Assembly: GCA_963743525.1 (NCBI GenBank)
Contig: CAVUQH010000004.1
Location: 320,001-384,000 of the forward strand
Direction of reading: 5' to 3'
Length of the DNA: 64,000 nucleotides
From: an uncultured delta proteobacterium
GTDB taxonomy: Bacteria; Myxococcota_A; Polyangia; Haliangiales; Haliangiaceae
This document shows positions 1 to 8,413 of the stretch, piece after piece (position 1 is the stretch's first letter; each line of letters starts with the position of its first letter). The translations under genes were made by a program, and so were the position numbers. The notes beneath the pieces were generated by a model. The model worked only from the letters and a program-made list of their open reading frames with translations. It did not search any database and was not told the origin of the DNA.

Positions 1-1082
1 TAGGCGGCGTCGCGCACCCAACCCGAGTGCCACTCGCCCGGCGGCAGGCTGGCCAGCATCATGCCGTGGGCCTTGTGTTTGGGGCTGGCGGTCCACGGCT
101 CCAGCACCTGGCCCATGCGCAGCACCGCCTCGGCCTGGCGCCAGACCCGCGCCTCGGCCGGCGACAGCCCCGGCGCCACCGGCTTGCGCCACGAGTCCCA
201 CTCGCCGAGCACGCGGTCGAGCAGGGTCGAGGCGTCGTCGGAGCCCAGCCACGACTCGAACGCCGTGCGCGCCGCCGCGCTCTGACCGCCGCTGTCGAAC
301 AGCACGGCCATGCCCCACCACGCGCTGCCGCCGGCGGGAATCGAGCCCAGGCCCTTCTGCAGGATGCCGACCTTGTCGGTGCCGCTGCAGCTGGTGGTGC
401 CCGACAGGTCCTGACCGTTCTGCACCTGGGTGAAGGCGTCGCTGGCGCAGCTCTCGTGATCGGCGCCGCCAATCGGCAGGTAGACCATGACGCCGCCGCC
501 CGGCCCGGTCTCGGTGCCGACGTCGGCGGCCAGCTGCACCGACTCGCCGTCGGCCCCCGGGGTGTCCGGTACCGGCGCCGAGCCCATGTGGAAGTTCTCC
601 AGCGCGAACGCCTGCGCGTCAATCGCGCTCGACCCGGTGTTCTTCACCTGGATGAGCATGACCATCGCGTTGCCGTCGTAGCCGTAGGGCGAGAAGAAGT
701 ACGAGTGGGTCTCGACGTTGCCGATGGTCACCACCGACTCGATGACGTTGGTCTGGTCAACGTAGCCGACCGAGCCCGGCGTGCTCTTGCCCAGCCAGGT
801 CGCCTGGCTGCCGATGCGCACGCCGAAGTAACTGTCGAACACCAGGTTGCGGCGGACGATCCCTTCGCCGTCGGGGTTGGACGAGTTGGGGCGCATGAAG
901 CGATACGGCCGCTCGAGGAACTGCTTGATGGCGTTCGCGTTCTTGTCGAACACCTGGAAGCCAAAGCCGTTGCCGGTGACCAGATAATCGAAGCTGGCGA
1001 CCGGCTCGACCGCCTGGGACGGTGTCGCGCCGGCGCCGAGGAGGAGCGCGATCGCGATCAATCTCGAGCGGGTCGTCTGCAC
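1..1082 (-). CDS. Secreted glycoside hydrolase family 15 (glucoamylase-like), partial; runs off the left edge
   Basis: Not in the ORF track. Manual translation from GTG at 1082 is open to base 1 and gives a signal peptide (VQTTRSRLIAIALLLGAGATPSQA) and GMMLASLPPGEWHSGWVRDAA, matching the GH15 WxRD motif. Confidence 0.8.
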   Translation of the reverse strand, partial: MQTTRSRLIAIALLLGAGATPSQAVEPVASFDYLVTGNGFGFQVFDKNANAIKQFLERPYRFMRPNSSNPDGEGIVRRNLVFDSYFGVRIGSQATWLGKSTPGSVGYVDQTNVIESVVTIGNVETHSYFFSPYGYDGNAMVMLIQVKNTGSSAIDAQAFALENFHMGSAPVPDTPGADGESVQLAADVGTETGPGGGVMVYLPIGGADHESCASDAFTQVQNGQDLSGTTSCSGTDKVGILQKGLGSIPAGGSAWWGMAVLFDSGGQSAAARTAFESWLGSDDASTLLDRVLGEWDSWRKPVAPGLSPAEARVWRQAEAVLRMGQVLEPWTASPKHKAHGMMLASLPPGEWHSGWVRDAA

Positions 1083-1098
1083 TGCGGGGGCCGGGTGA

Positions 1099-1113
1099 GC
1101 ACGATTTGTGCCA
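1099..1113 (-). promoter_or_regulatory. Putative sigma54 promoter of the GH15 gene (TGGCAC-AAATC-GTGC)
   Basis: GG-N10-GC spacing, about 16 nt upstream of the GTG start. Confidence 0.55.
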
Positions 1114-1234
1114 GTGATTCCGCGGTGATTTCGCTGTCGCGCCAGTGTGACCAACTGTCGCACCTCGTTGACGATCGAAACGAGGCCGGTTCGGAGCGGC
1201 CGTCCAGTCGCGCGGAATCACGCCACGGCGGAGC

Positions 1235-1249
1235 TGGCACGCGAGTTGA
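1235..1249 (+). promoter_or_regulatory. Putative sigma54 promoter of the amylase gene (TGGCAC-GCGAG-TTGA)
   Basis: Perfect -24 box with a variant -12. Shares GCGGAGCTGGCA and the TTGA variant with the promoter at 16350-16371. Confidence 0.5.
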
Positions 1250-1278
1250 GTAGAGACGTGAACGGAGGTCCCCCTGAC

Positions 1279-3342
1279 ATGATGTCGCGTCCCCTCGCCA
1301 CCTCGCTGATCGCCCTGCTCTTCACCGCCGCGTGCTCACCACCAGGAGGTGGTGCCGCTGACGGCGACGGCGGCGTGCTGCCCGGGCAGCCTGACGGCGG
1401 CGTGGTCGATCAGCCGGACGCGATGCCGCAGCTGCCGCCGGATGCGATGCAGCCGACGACCTGCGACCAGCAGTTCCGCCTCGACGGCTATGACGGAGCC
1501 AGCGAGGTGCTGCTGACCGGGACCCTGGTCACGCCCAACTGGGCGGCCACCGCGGCCGACGGCGCCATCGCGATGACCAAAGACGGCGCGTCGTGGGTCG
1601 CCACCGTTACCCTCGACCCGGGCAGCTACCAGTACAAGTTCGTCATCGACGGCTCGACCTGGATCGCCGACCCGACCAACGGCAACACCGTCAACGACGG
1701 CTTCGGCGGCGTCAACAGCGTCTACAACTGCGGCGCGCAGCCGTCGTCGTGCGGCGACCCGACCGACTTCGACTGGCGCGACACGGTGATGTACTTCGCC
1801 ATGATCGATCGCTTCTACGACTCGGACGGCAGCTCCGATCCGGTCAGCGGCGCCAGCGGCGCCGACCAGTGGGGCAACAGCGGCCAGTACGAGGGCGGCG
1901 ACCTGGCCGGCGTGGATGCCAAGATGTCGTACCTGGCCGACCTCGGCGTCACCGCGCTGTGGCTGTCGGCGCCGTACGACAACAAGGACACCCCGGGGGC
2001 CGCGATCGACGGAAGCGACTCGCACACCTACTCCGGCTATCACGGCTACTGGCCCAAGCCGGCCAACATCGACTACAGCAATCCCAACAGCCCCAGCCCG
2101 ACGCCGCTGGTCGAGTCGCGCTTCGGCACCGCCAACGACCTCAAGACGCTGATCGCCGACGCCCACGCCGCGACCAGCGCCGACGGCCACGGCGTCAAGG
2201 TGCTGTTCGACTACGTGATGAACCACGTCAACATCGACAGCGGCCTGTACCAGGCGCACTGGGACTGGTTCGCCCGCGACTCGAACAACCAGTTCCGCCT
2301 GTGCGGCCCCGACAACCTGTGGGACGACCCGGTGTGGGGCACCAAGTGCGCCTTCACCGACTACCTGCCGCCGTTCAACTTCGACAACACCGACGCCCGC
2401 GCCTGGTCGATCAACGACGCCATGTGGTGGGCCAAGGAGTACGGCATCGACGGCTACCGCCTGGATGCCATCAAGCACGTGCCGCTGACCTGGCTGACCG
2501 ACCTGCGCAGTCGCCTCAACAGCGACATCACCAGCCCGGCCGGCGGGCGCTTCTACCTGGTCGGCGAGACCTTCGACTACTTCAACCGCGACCTGCTGAA
2601 GAAGTTCATCGACCCCAAGACCATGCTCGACGGCCAGTTCGACTTCCCGTTCAAGCGCGAGCTGTGCGAGGGCGTGTTCGATCCGGGCGGCAGCCTGGCC
2701 AACTTCGCCAACTTCATGGACGGCAACGACGGCTACTACGACGGCAGCGACGGTCACGCCATCATGACCACCTGGATCGGCAACCACGACATCCCGCGGG
2801 CCATCCACTTCGCCGAGTGGAAGTTCGGCAACTGCACCCAGGGCAGCGACACCGGCAACGGCTGGGTCAACTGGGGACAGCCGTCGGCGTCCGAGCCGTA
2901 CGATCGCCTCGCCCTCGCCTACGCGCTGATGATGACCAACCCGGGCATCCCGCTCATCTACTACGGTGACGAGATCGGCCTGGCCGGCGGCGGCGACCCG
3001 TCCAACCGGCGCATGATGATCTGGGACGACAGCAAGCTGAGCGCCAACCAGAAAGCGCTGCGCGCCAAGGTCAAGCAGCTGGCCAACCTGCGCGGTCGCC
3101 TCAAGTCGCTGGGCCGCGGCCACCGCACCACCCTGGCCAAGACTCAGGACACCTGGGTCTATCGCATGGGCGGCTGCGGCGCCGGCTTCGACGACGTGGT
3201 GGTGGCGGTCAACCGCGCCACCACCGCCCGCGACGTCTCCGTCCCCGCCGGCAGCTGGCACGACGAGATCACCAACACCGACGTCGCCGCCGGCACCTAC
3301 TCCCTGCCCGGCCTCAGCTACCTGGTGCTCACCCCCAAATAG
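1279..3342 (+). CDS. Lipoprotein alpha-amylase (GH13) with N-terminal CBM48/glycogen-binding domain
   Basis: GGAGG RBS; lipobox-like FTAAC; CBM48-like YQYKFVIDGSTWIADP; GH13 regions DYVMNH, GYRLDAIKH, VGETF, IGNHD and YYGDE. Confidence 0.9.
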   Translation: MMSRPLATSLIALLFTAACSPPGGGAADGDGGVLPGQPDGGVVDQPDAMPQLPPDAMQPTTCDQQFRLDGYDGASEVLLTGTLVTPNWAATAADGAIAMTKDGASWVATVTLDPGSYQYKFVIDGSTWIADPTNGNTVNDGFGGVNSVYNCGAQPSSCGDPTDFDWRDTVMYFAMIDRFYDSDGSSDPVSGASGADQWGNSGQYEGGDLAGVDAKMSYLADLGVTALWLSAPYDNKDTPGAAIDGSDSHTYSGYHGYWPKPANIDYSNPNSPSPTPLVESRFGTANDLKTLIADAHAATSADGHGVKVLFDYVMNHVNIDSGLYQAHWDWFARDSNNQFRLCGPDNLWDDPVWGTKCAFTDYLPPFNFDNTDARAWSINDAMWWAKEYGIDGYRLDAIKHVPLTWLTDLRSRLNSDITSPAGGRFYLVGETFDYFNRDLLKKFIDPKTMLDGQFDFPFKRELCEGVFDPGGSLANFANFMDGNDGYYDGSDGHAIMTTWIGNHDIPRAIHFAEWKFGNCTQGSDTGNGWVNWGQPSASEPYDRLALAYALMMTNPGIPLIYYGDEIGLAGGGDPSNRRMMIWDDSKLSANQKALRAKVKQLANLRGRLKSLGRGHRTTLAKTQDTWVYRMGGCGAGFDDVVVAVNRATTARDVSVPAGSWHDEITNTDVAAGTYSLPGLSYLVLTPK

Positions 3343-3550
3343 GGGCGTTTTCGAGCGTACGAACGGCTAAGTGTGCGTAAAGATTTCCCCATGCGCACAA
3401 GCTGCGCGTGATGCGACGCGCGCCCTTTGTCGTCGGGGAGATGGCCAACGCAGAGTTTGCGCCGCGGCGGAGAATCTCCCACTTTCCTCGCCATGTGCGA
3501 CCATCCCCCCGATGCAGACCCCGCCAGCGCTGCGGTACCTGTTGCGGTCG

Positions 3551-5944
3551 ATGATGAAGTCCATCTGCGTGGGAATCGCGGCTCTCGTCGTCACGTGGGG
3601 AACTACCGCGCACGCCGCTCCGCCGGCACCGAGCGGCGCCCATCCCCGGCTGTTCCTCGACGACGCCACGCTGGCGGCCATGCGCCAGGCGGCCAACGAT
3701 CCCAACAGCGCGGTCGCCCATGCGTTGTCGACCTGCGACGACGTGATCGCCAACCCGAGCAAGTGGACCTCCGGGGGCTATCAGGGCATCGGCTTTCCCG
3801 AGCCGTTCGGCGCCTGCGCGGTCGCCTGGGTCGTGCGCGGTGACGACGCCTCGGGTGCAGCCGCGGTGAAGTACTTCAACGCGCTGCTCGACGACTACGC
3901 CTCGGTCGGCGACGGCACCGGCGGCGACGACGTCGTCCGCCACGACTCCGGCTACTCGATGCGCGTGTTCGCGCCCTACGCCGCGATCGGCTACGACTGG
4001 CTGCAAGACGCGCCCGGCGTCAACGCGGCGCTGCTGGCTCACGCCCGTGCGCGGTTCAAGGCGTGGACCGACTGGTACGCACAGAGCGGCTACCACGCCG
4101 ACCAGGCCGGCGCGAACTACCACGCCGGCTACGTCGTCGGCGCCACGTTGATCGCGATCGCCGAGGGTGGCGAGGCCGGTTCCGACGGCGACGCGCTGTG
4201 GACCCACGTCGTCGATGACATCTTCGGTACCACCATGGCCGAGGCGGTCGCGCCGGGCGGCGTCCTCGACGGCGGCGACTGGCTCGAGGGCTGGCAGTAC
4301 GGGCCGCTGTCGGTGTCCGAGTACGCGATGGCGGCGCGCGCGCTGCACGACAACGGCGTCGCGCTCGACGGCTACGCCGCCTGGGAAGGTGCGCTGGTCA
4401 CCCGATCCATCTACGCGACCGTGCCCGACGAGTCGGGCGCGTTCATTGGTGGCGACAGCGAGAACAGCAAGCCGTACACGTCGGTTGCCGCGCTGACCCT
4501 GTACGCCAGCATGCTCGGCGACGCGTCGCCCGAGTCCAAGGCGTGGGCCTACGATCTGATCCAGAAGCGCGACCTGCGCTCGAGTACCTTCCCGCTGGTC
4601 GGCGCGATCGCCGAAGCCCGGGCCCCGGCGCCGCAGCCGTTCCCCACCGACACCGCGTCGACCTGGTACTACGCACCCGGCTCGGCGACCGTGCACGCGC
4701 GCACTGACTGGTCGGCGAATGCCGTGTGGATGGTGGCCCGCTGCGCGCCCCACCGCGTCGACGACCACATGTTCATCGACGCCGGAAACGTGGTGCTGAC
4801 CCGCGGCTCCGATGACCTGATCGTCGACCCCAGTCCGTACGGCTCGCTGTCGACCCTGACCGGCAACGCGCCGACCGTGGCCAGCCCGCAGCTGCCCAGC
4901 AGCTACCAGCCCAGTCAGGCGGTGTGGGGCGACACCTCGGGCGTCGGCTACGCGTGGATGCGGCAGACGCGGTCCGGCGTGTTCGCGACTCGCTGCGAAT
5001 ATTCCGGCCAGTACACGTTTCAGGACCGCGCCAGCGACATTCCCAGCGCCGTTCGCGACACCATCCTGGTCCCCTACGGCCAGGGCGACGCGGCGCTGGT
5101 GGTGATCGACGACGTCCAGGGCGCGGCGGCCGATCGGCCGCTCAACCTCCGCTTCCACGCGCCCGCCGGGTTCACCATGAGCGGTGACACCGCCCGCGCC
5201 ACCGTCGGCGGCTCCGATCTGATCGTCCAGGCGCCGTTCGCCACCGCGGGCACGCCGTCGACGATGACGCCGTCAGTCGGTGACTGCTCGAGCTCGCTCC
5301 GTGGCCAGTGCGAAATCGGCCGCTTCGACAGCGGCGAGTGGCGGCTCGAAGTGCCGGCCGCGCACGCGCAGGCGATCACCGTGCTCGACGCGGTCGCGAC
5401 GGGCGAGACCCTGGCCCCGGCGACGACGTCTTCGGGCACGGGCTGGCGGGCGACCGAGCTCGACCGCGACGTCGAGCACATCGCCGTGGTCGCGGTCGAC
5501 CCTGGCCTTTCGTCGGTCACCTACACCGCAGCGCCCGGTGGCCACGTCGTGGTCGGCGCGCCGCAGAGCTCGACCGGGCGCGCCGACGTGACCGCAACCG
5601 CCAACGGCGGCAACTGCGACGTCACCATCACGCCGCACAGCGGCGACGGCGGCTTCGACGCGCAGCCGCTGGTGATCGCGGTCGACGCCAGCTGCACGGT
5701 GACCGAGGACCCGACCAGTGACGGCTTCACCTCGCCGGGCGGAACCGACACTCCGCCGGGTGGCGGCGGCGGTGGCAACAACGGCACCAACGACCTCACC
5801 GGCGGGTGCCAGGCCGTCTCCGGCGCGCCGTCGGTGTTGGCGCTGTCCCTGATCCTGCTCGCCCTGGGCGTCGCCGCGCGACGACGCCGGCGCGCACATG
5901 CTCTGCGGCGCGCAGGCTCCGCGCGCGACGCGCGCTCGCGCTGA
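3551..5944 (+). CDS. Secreted heparinase II/III- or polysaccharide-lyase-like protein with MYXO-CTERM sorting tail
   Basis: Signal peptide, then HPRLFL N-terminal motif and EGWQYG. Gly/Pro linker, then GGCQAVSGAPSVLALSLILLALGVAARRRRR tail. Confidence 0.6.
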   Translation: MMKSICVGIAALVVTWGTTAHAAPPAPSGAHPRLFLDDATLAAMRQAANDPNSAVAHALSTCDDVIANPSKWTSGGYQGIGFPEPFGACAVAWVVRGDDASGAAAVKYFNALLDDYASVGDGTGGDDVVRHDSGYSMRVFAPYAAIGYDWLQDAPGVNAALLAHARARFKAWTDWYAQSGYHADQAGANYHAGYVVGATLIAIAEGGEAGSDGDALWTHVVDDIFGTTMAEAVAPGGVLDGGDWLEGWQYGPLSVSEYAMAARALHDNGVALDGYAAWEGALVTRSIYATVPDESGAFIGGDSENSKPYTSVAALTLYASMLGDASPESKAWAYDLIQKRDLRSSTFPLVGAIAEARAPAPQPFPTDTASTWYYAPGSATVHARTDWSANAVWMVARCAPHRVDDHMFIDAGNVVLTRGSDDLIVDPSPYGSLSTLTGNAPTVASPQLPSSYQPSQAVWGDTSGVGYAWMRQTRSGVFATRCEYSGQYTFQDRASDIPSAVRDTILVPYGQGDAALVVIDDVQGAAADRPLNLRFHAPAGFTMSGDTARATVGGSDLIVQAPFATAGTPSTMTPSVGDCSSSLRGQCEIGRFDSGEWRLEVPAAHAQAITVLDAVATGETLAPATTSSGTGWRATELDRDVEHIAVVAVDPGLSSVTYTAAPGGHVVVGAPQSSTGRADVTATANGGNCDVTITPHSGDGGFDAQPLVIAVDASCTVTEDPTSDGFTSPGGTDTPPGGGGGGNNGTNDLTGGCQAVSGAPSVLALSLILLALGVAARRRRRAHALRRAGSARDARSR

Positions 5945-6000
5945 CGATCAGCCTGCTCGGCGGCGGCATCCCCGTCGATGCCGCCCACCGACTCGATCAG

Positions 6001-6023
6001 AATGACGTGGTCTGCACGTCATT
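6001..6023. promoter_or_regulatory. Perfect inverted repeat AATGACGTG-N5-CACGTCATT, candidate enhancer/TF site
   Basis: 9-bp arms, intergenic, about 80 bp upstream of a sigma54-like promoter. Confidence 0.45.
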
Positions 6024-6101
6024 TTGACAGGGCGCACGGGCCAGCGCAGCCGCAGGGCGCGTTCCGCGGCGAACCTGCCCCCACCCGACGCCCGCCGGAG
6101 T

Positions 6102-6116
6102 TGGTCGCGCGCTTGC
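6102..6116 (+). promoter_or_regulatory. Putative sigma54 promoter (TGGTCG-CGCGC-TTGC)
   Basis: GG-N10-GC spacing upstream of the AAGGAG RBS and ATG at 6153. Confidence 0.5.
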
Positions 6117-6152
6117 ACTCCAGATCGTCACCTCTCTTCCAAGGAGTCGAAG

Positions 6153-6405
6153 ATGACGAACCCAAGCGGTACGACCGACAAGGTAAAGGCGGGCGTCGAA
6201 AGCGCCTCCGACAAGGCCAAGGCTGTCGTTCACACGGCCGAAAAGACCATCGAACGCACCACCGACAAAGCCAAGGATTCTGGCTGGCAAAGCGGTGGAA
6301 AAGGTCAAGGACACGGTCAAGGACGCCAGCAAGGCGGTCGGTGACACGGTCAAGGAGGCGAAAGACAAACTTCGCCAACGCGACCAGCCACCCAAGCCCG
6401 AGTGA
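6153..6405 (+). CDS. Small LEA/CsbD-like Lys/Ala/Asp-rich stress protein, +1 frameshift at about 6279
   Basis: AAGGAG RBS. MTNPSGTTDKVKAGVESASDKAK...KAKD continues as LAGKAVEKVKDTVKDASKAVGDTVKEAKDKL...PE* if one T is removed from GATTC. Confidence 0.6.
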
Positions 6406-6530
6406 TTCGAGCGAGCTGCTGGCGCGCCGGTGCTGGCGAACGTTCCGCTCGTAGTCGGGCGCTCGACGGCACCGGGCGCGAGGGTGCTGAGTTTCGCGCA
6501 GCGCACGGGATTCTTGCGTGCAAGTGTGCA

Positions 6531-6585
6531 GTTCGTGCAGGCGCGCCGGTCGTGCAGGCGCGCCGTTCGTGCAGGCGCGCCGTTC
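6531..6585. repeat. Three tandem 17-bp repeats G(T/G)TCGTGCAGGCGCGCC plus a partial fourth
   Basis: Units at 6531-6547, 6548-6564 and 6565-6581, with no spacers. Confidence 0.9.
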
Positions 6586-6655
6586 TCCGCGTGCATTTTT
6601 GCGCGTACAGAGGCGGGTCCACGAGGCCTCGGAGGTCAGCGACGCGAACGCCACC

Positions 6656-6670
6656 TGGCACGCCTCATGC
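6656..6670 (+). promoter_or_regulatory. Putative sigma54 promoter (TGGCAC-GCCTC-ATGC)
   Basis: Near-consensus -24/-12 upstream of the AAGGAG RBS and ATG at 6700. Confidence 0.6.
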
Positions 6671-6699
6671 TTCCTACTGAGGGCAACAAGGAGAAGCAC

Positions 6700-6996
6700 A
6701 TGTCCACGCAAAAGAAGCAACGTGAGAACACGACCGACGCGACGCGCGGTGAGCCACTGGCGGAGCGCGCGCAGCAGCGCAGGGCCGAGCTCGCGACGGC
6801 GCTGGCAAAGATGCCCAGGGACCAGACCCGCGCGCGCAGGGACATCGAGCAAGCGCTGGCCGCGGTCGACGGGCTCCTCGCGGGCGATCCGGACCACTTG
6901 ACCGACGCCACCGCCGCGGACATCAGCCGCTGGCTCGAGCTGCACAAGCACCTCGCCGAGAAGCCGGCCAAGACGCCCCACGCCTCGCCGCAATAG
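6700..6996 (+). CDS. Hypothetical helical protein (98 aa)
   Basis: AAGGAG RBS, sigma54-like promoter and typical codon usage. Confidence 0.7.
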   Translation: MSTQKKQRENTTDATRGEPLAERAQQRRAELATALAKMPRDQTRARRDIEQALAAVDGLLAGDPDHLTDATAADISRWLELHKHLAEKPAKTPHASPQ

Positions 6997-7035
6997 CCAG
7001 CCTCCGGGCCCACCTCTCGTCTCCGCGGGTCATCG

Positions 7036-8413
7036 ATGAACGCGCTGAAGCGCTTCTGGGACCGGATGCGGACCAGCTTCTGGTTCTTCCCCATGCTGAT
7101 CGTCACGGGCAGCATCGCCCTGGCGATCGGCTTGATCGCGGCACACTCGAGCGGAAGCGGACGATGGCTGGAACGTTGGCCGCGTCTGTTCGGTGCCGGC
7201 GCGGAAGGCGCCCGGGGGATGCTGGCGACGATCGCGGGCTCGATGATGACCGTCGTGGGGGTCACCTTCTCGATGACCTTGGTGACCCTTGCGCTCGCGT
7301 CGGGACAGTACACCTCGCGCGTTCTGCGAAATTTCATGCGCGACCGGGTGACGCAGATCGTGCTCGGGATCTTCGCGGGAATCTTCGTCTATTGCCTGAT
7401 CGTGCTGCGCACCATCCGCAGCGGCGCCGAGGCGGAGTTCGTGCCGGGCCTGGCCGTGTCGCTCAGCCTGGTCCTTGCGACCGCCGGCATCTTCATTCTC
7501 ATCTACTTCATTCACCACGTCGCGTCGTCAATCCAGGCCTCCAGCATCGTCGCGTCCGTCGCCGACGAAACCCTCCAGGCCGTGGACCGGTTGTATCCGG
7601 AGGACTTTCGACCCAATACGGAAGACGACGACCTGGCCTCCTCGGCGCTCGCGCAGTTGGATCGAGCCTGGCAGCCAGTGCCCGCCCACGACAATGGGTA
7701 CATCGAGTATGTAAATCGTGACGAGCTGAAGCGCCTGGCGCTGGAGCACGAGACCATCGTGCGAATGGAGATCGGCATCGGCGGATTCGCGGTTGACAAC
7801 GGGACGCTGGCCTCGCTTGCCCTCGACGAGCCGCCGGACGAAGGGCTCGTCGCGGCCGTGCAGGCGACCTACTTCATCGGTCGCCACCGCACACTGCAGC
7901 AGGATTGCGCATACGGTGTCCGACAGATCGTAGACGTCGCAATGCGGGCGCTGTCGCCCAGCACCAATGACACGACGACGGCCGTCATGTGCATCGACTG
8001 ATCTGACGGCGATTTTGGCGCGCCTGGCTTCCCGGAGCTTCCCCACCTCGCTTCGCGATGAAGCGGGCGACATCCGGGTGATTGGCAACGCGCCAAGCTT
8101 CGAGACCTTCGTGGCCGCGGCGTTCGATCAGATTCGCGGAAGCGCCGCGGGAAATGTCGCCATCATGTTGCGCATGCTCGGCGCGCTTCACGCCATCGCC
8201 AACGCGACCCAGAGCACCGAGCGGAGGCGGGCACTCAGCAGGCATGTGGACGACATCGCCGAGCTGGCGCAGCGCACCCTCGAATCCCCATACGACCGGG
8301 CGCGGTTCGACGATCGTCTGACGAAGGTGCGCAAATCGGTCAGTTCCCGCGCGACCCAGCGGCTCTATGAGGCAGCCGAGGACCCGCCCGGCCGCCGGCA
8401 GTCTACGGTCTAG
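7036..8413 (+). CDS. DUF2254-family membrane protein, +1 frameshift at about 8000
   Basis: Motifs SGQYTSRVLRNF and RALSPSTNDTTTAVMCID. Reading continues as (Y)LTAILARLA in the next frame (ORFs 7036-8001 and 7967-8413). Confidence 0.8.

Noticed and set aside
1130..1175. Further copies of the GTTGC-N5-GCAAC motif between the GH15 and GH13 genes
   Set aside because: Only degenerate TGTCGC half-sites with the wrong spacing, so they are not counted in the regulon.
27..1253. 408-aa plus-strand ORF and the many other long antisense or alternative-frame ORFs (e.g. 1336-3261, 17107-19359, 22974-25088, 37388-39922, 57220-59523)
   Set aside because: Shadow ORFs expected in high-GC DNA. They overlap genes with clear motifs and have low-information, Arg/Gly/Ala-rich translations.
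6531..6585. Possible CRISPR array
   Set aside because: The units are contiguous and only 17 bp, with no spacers and no cas genes.
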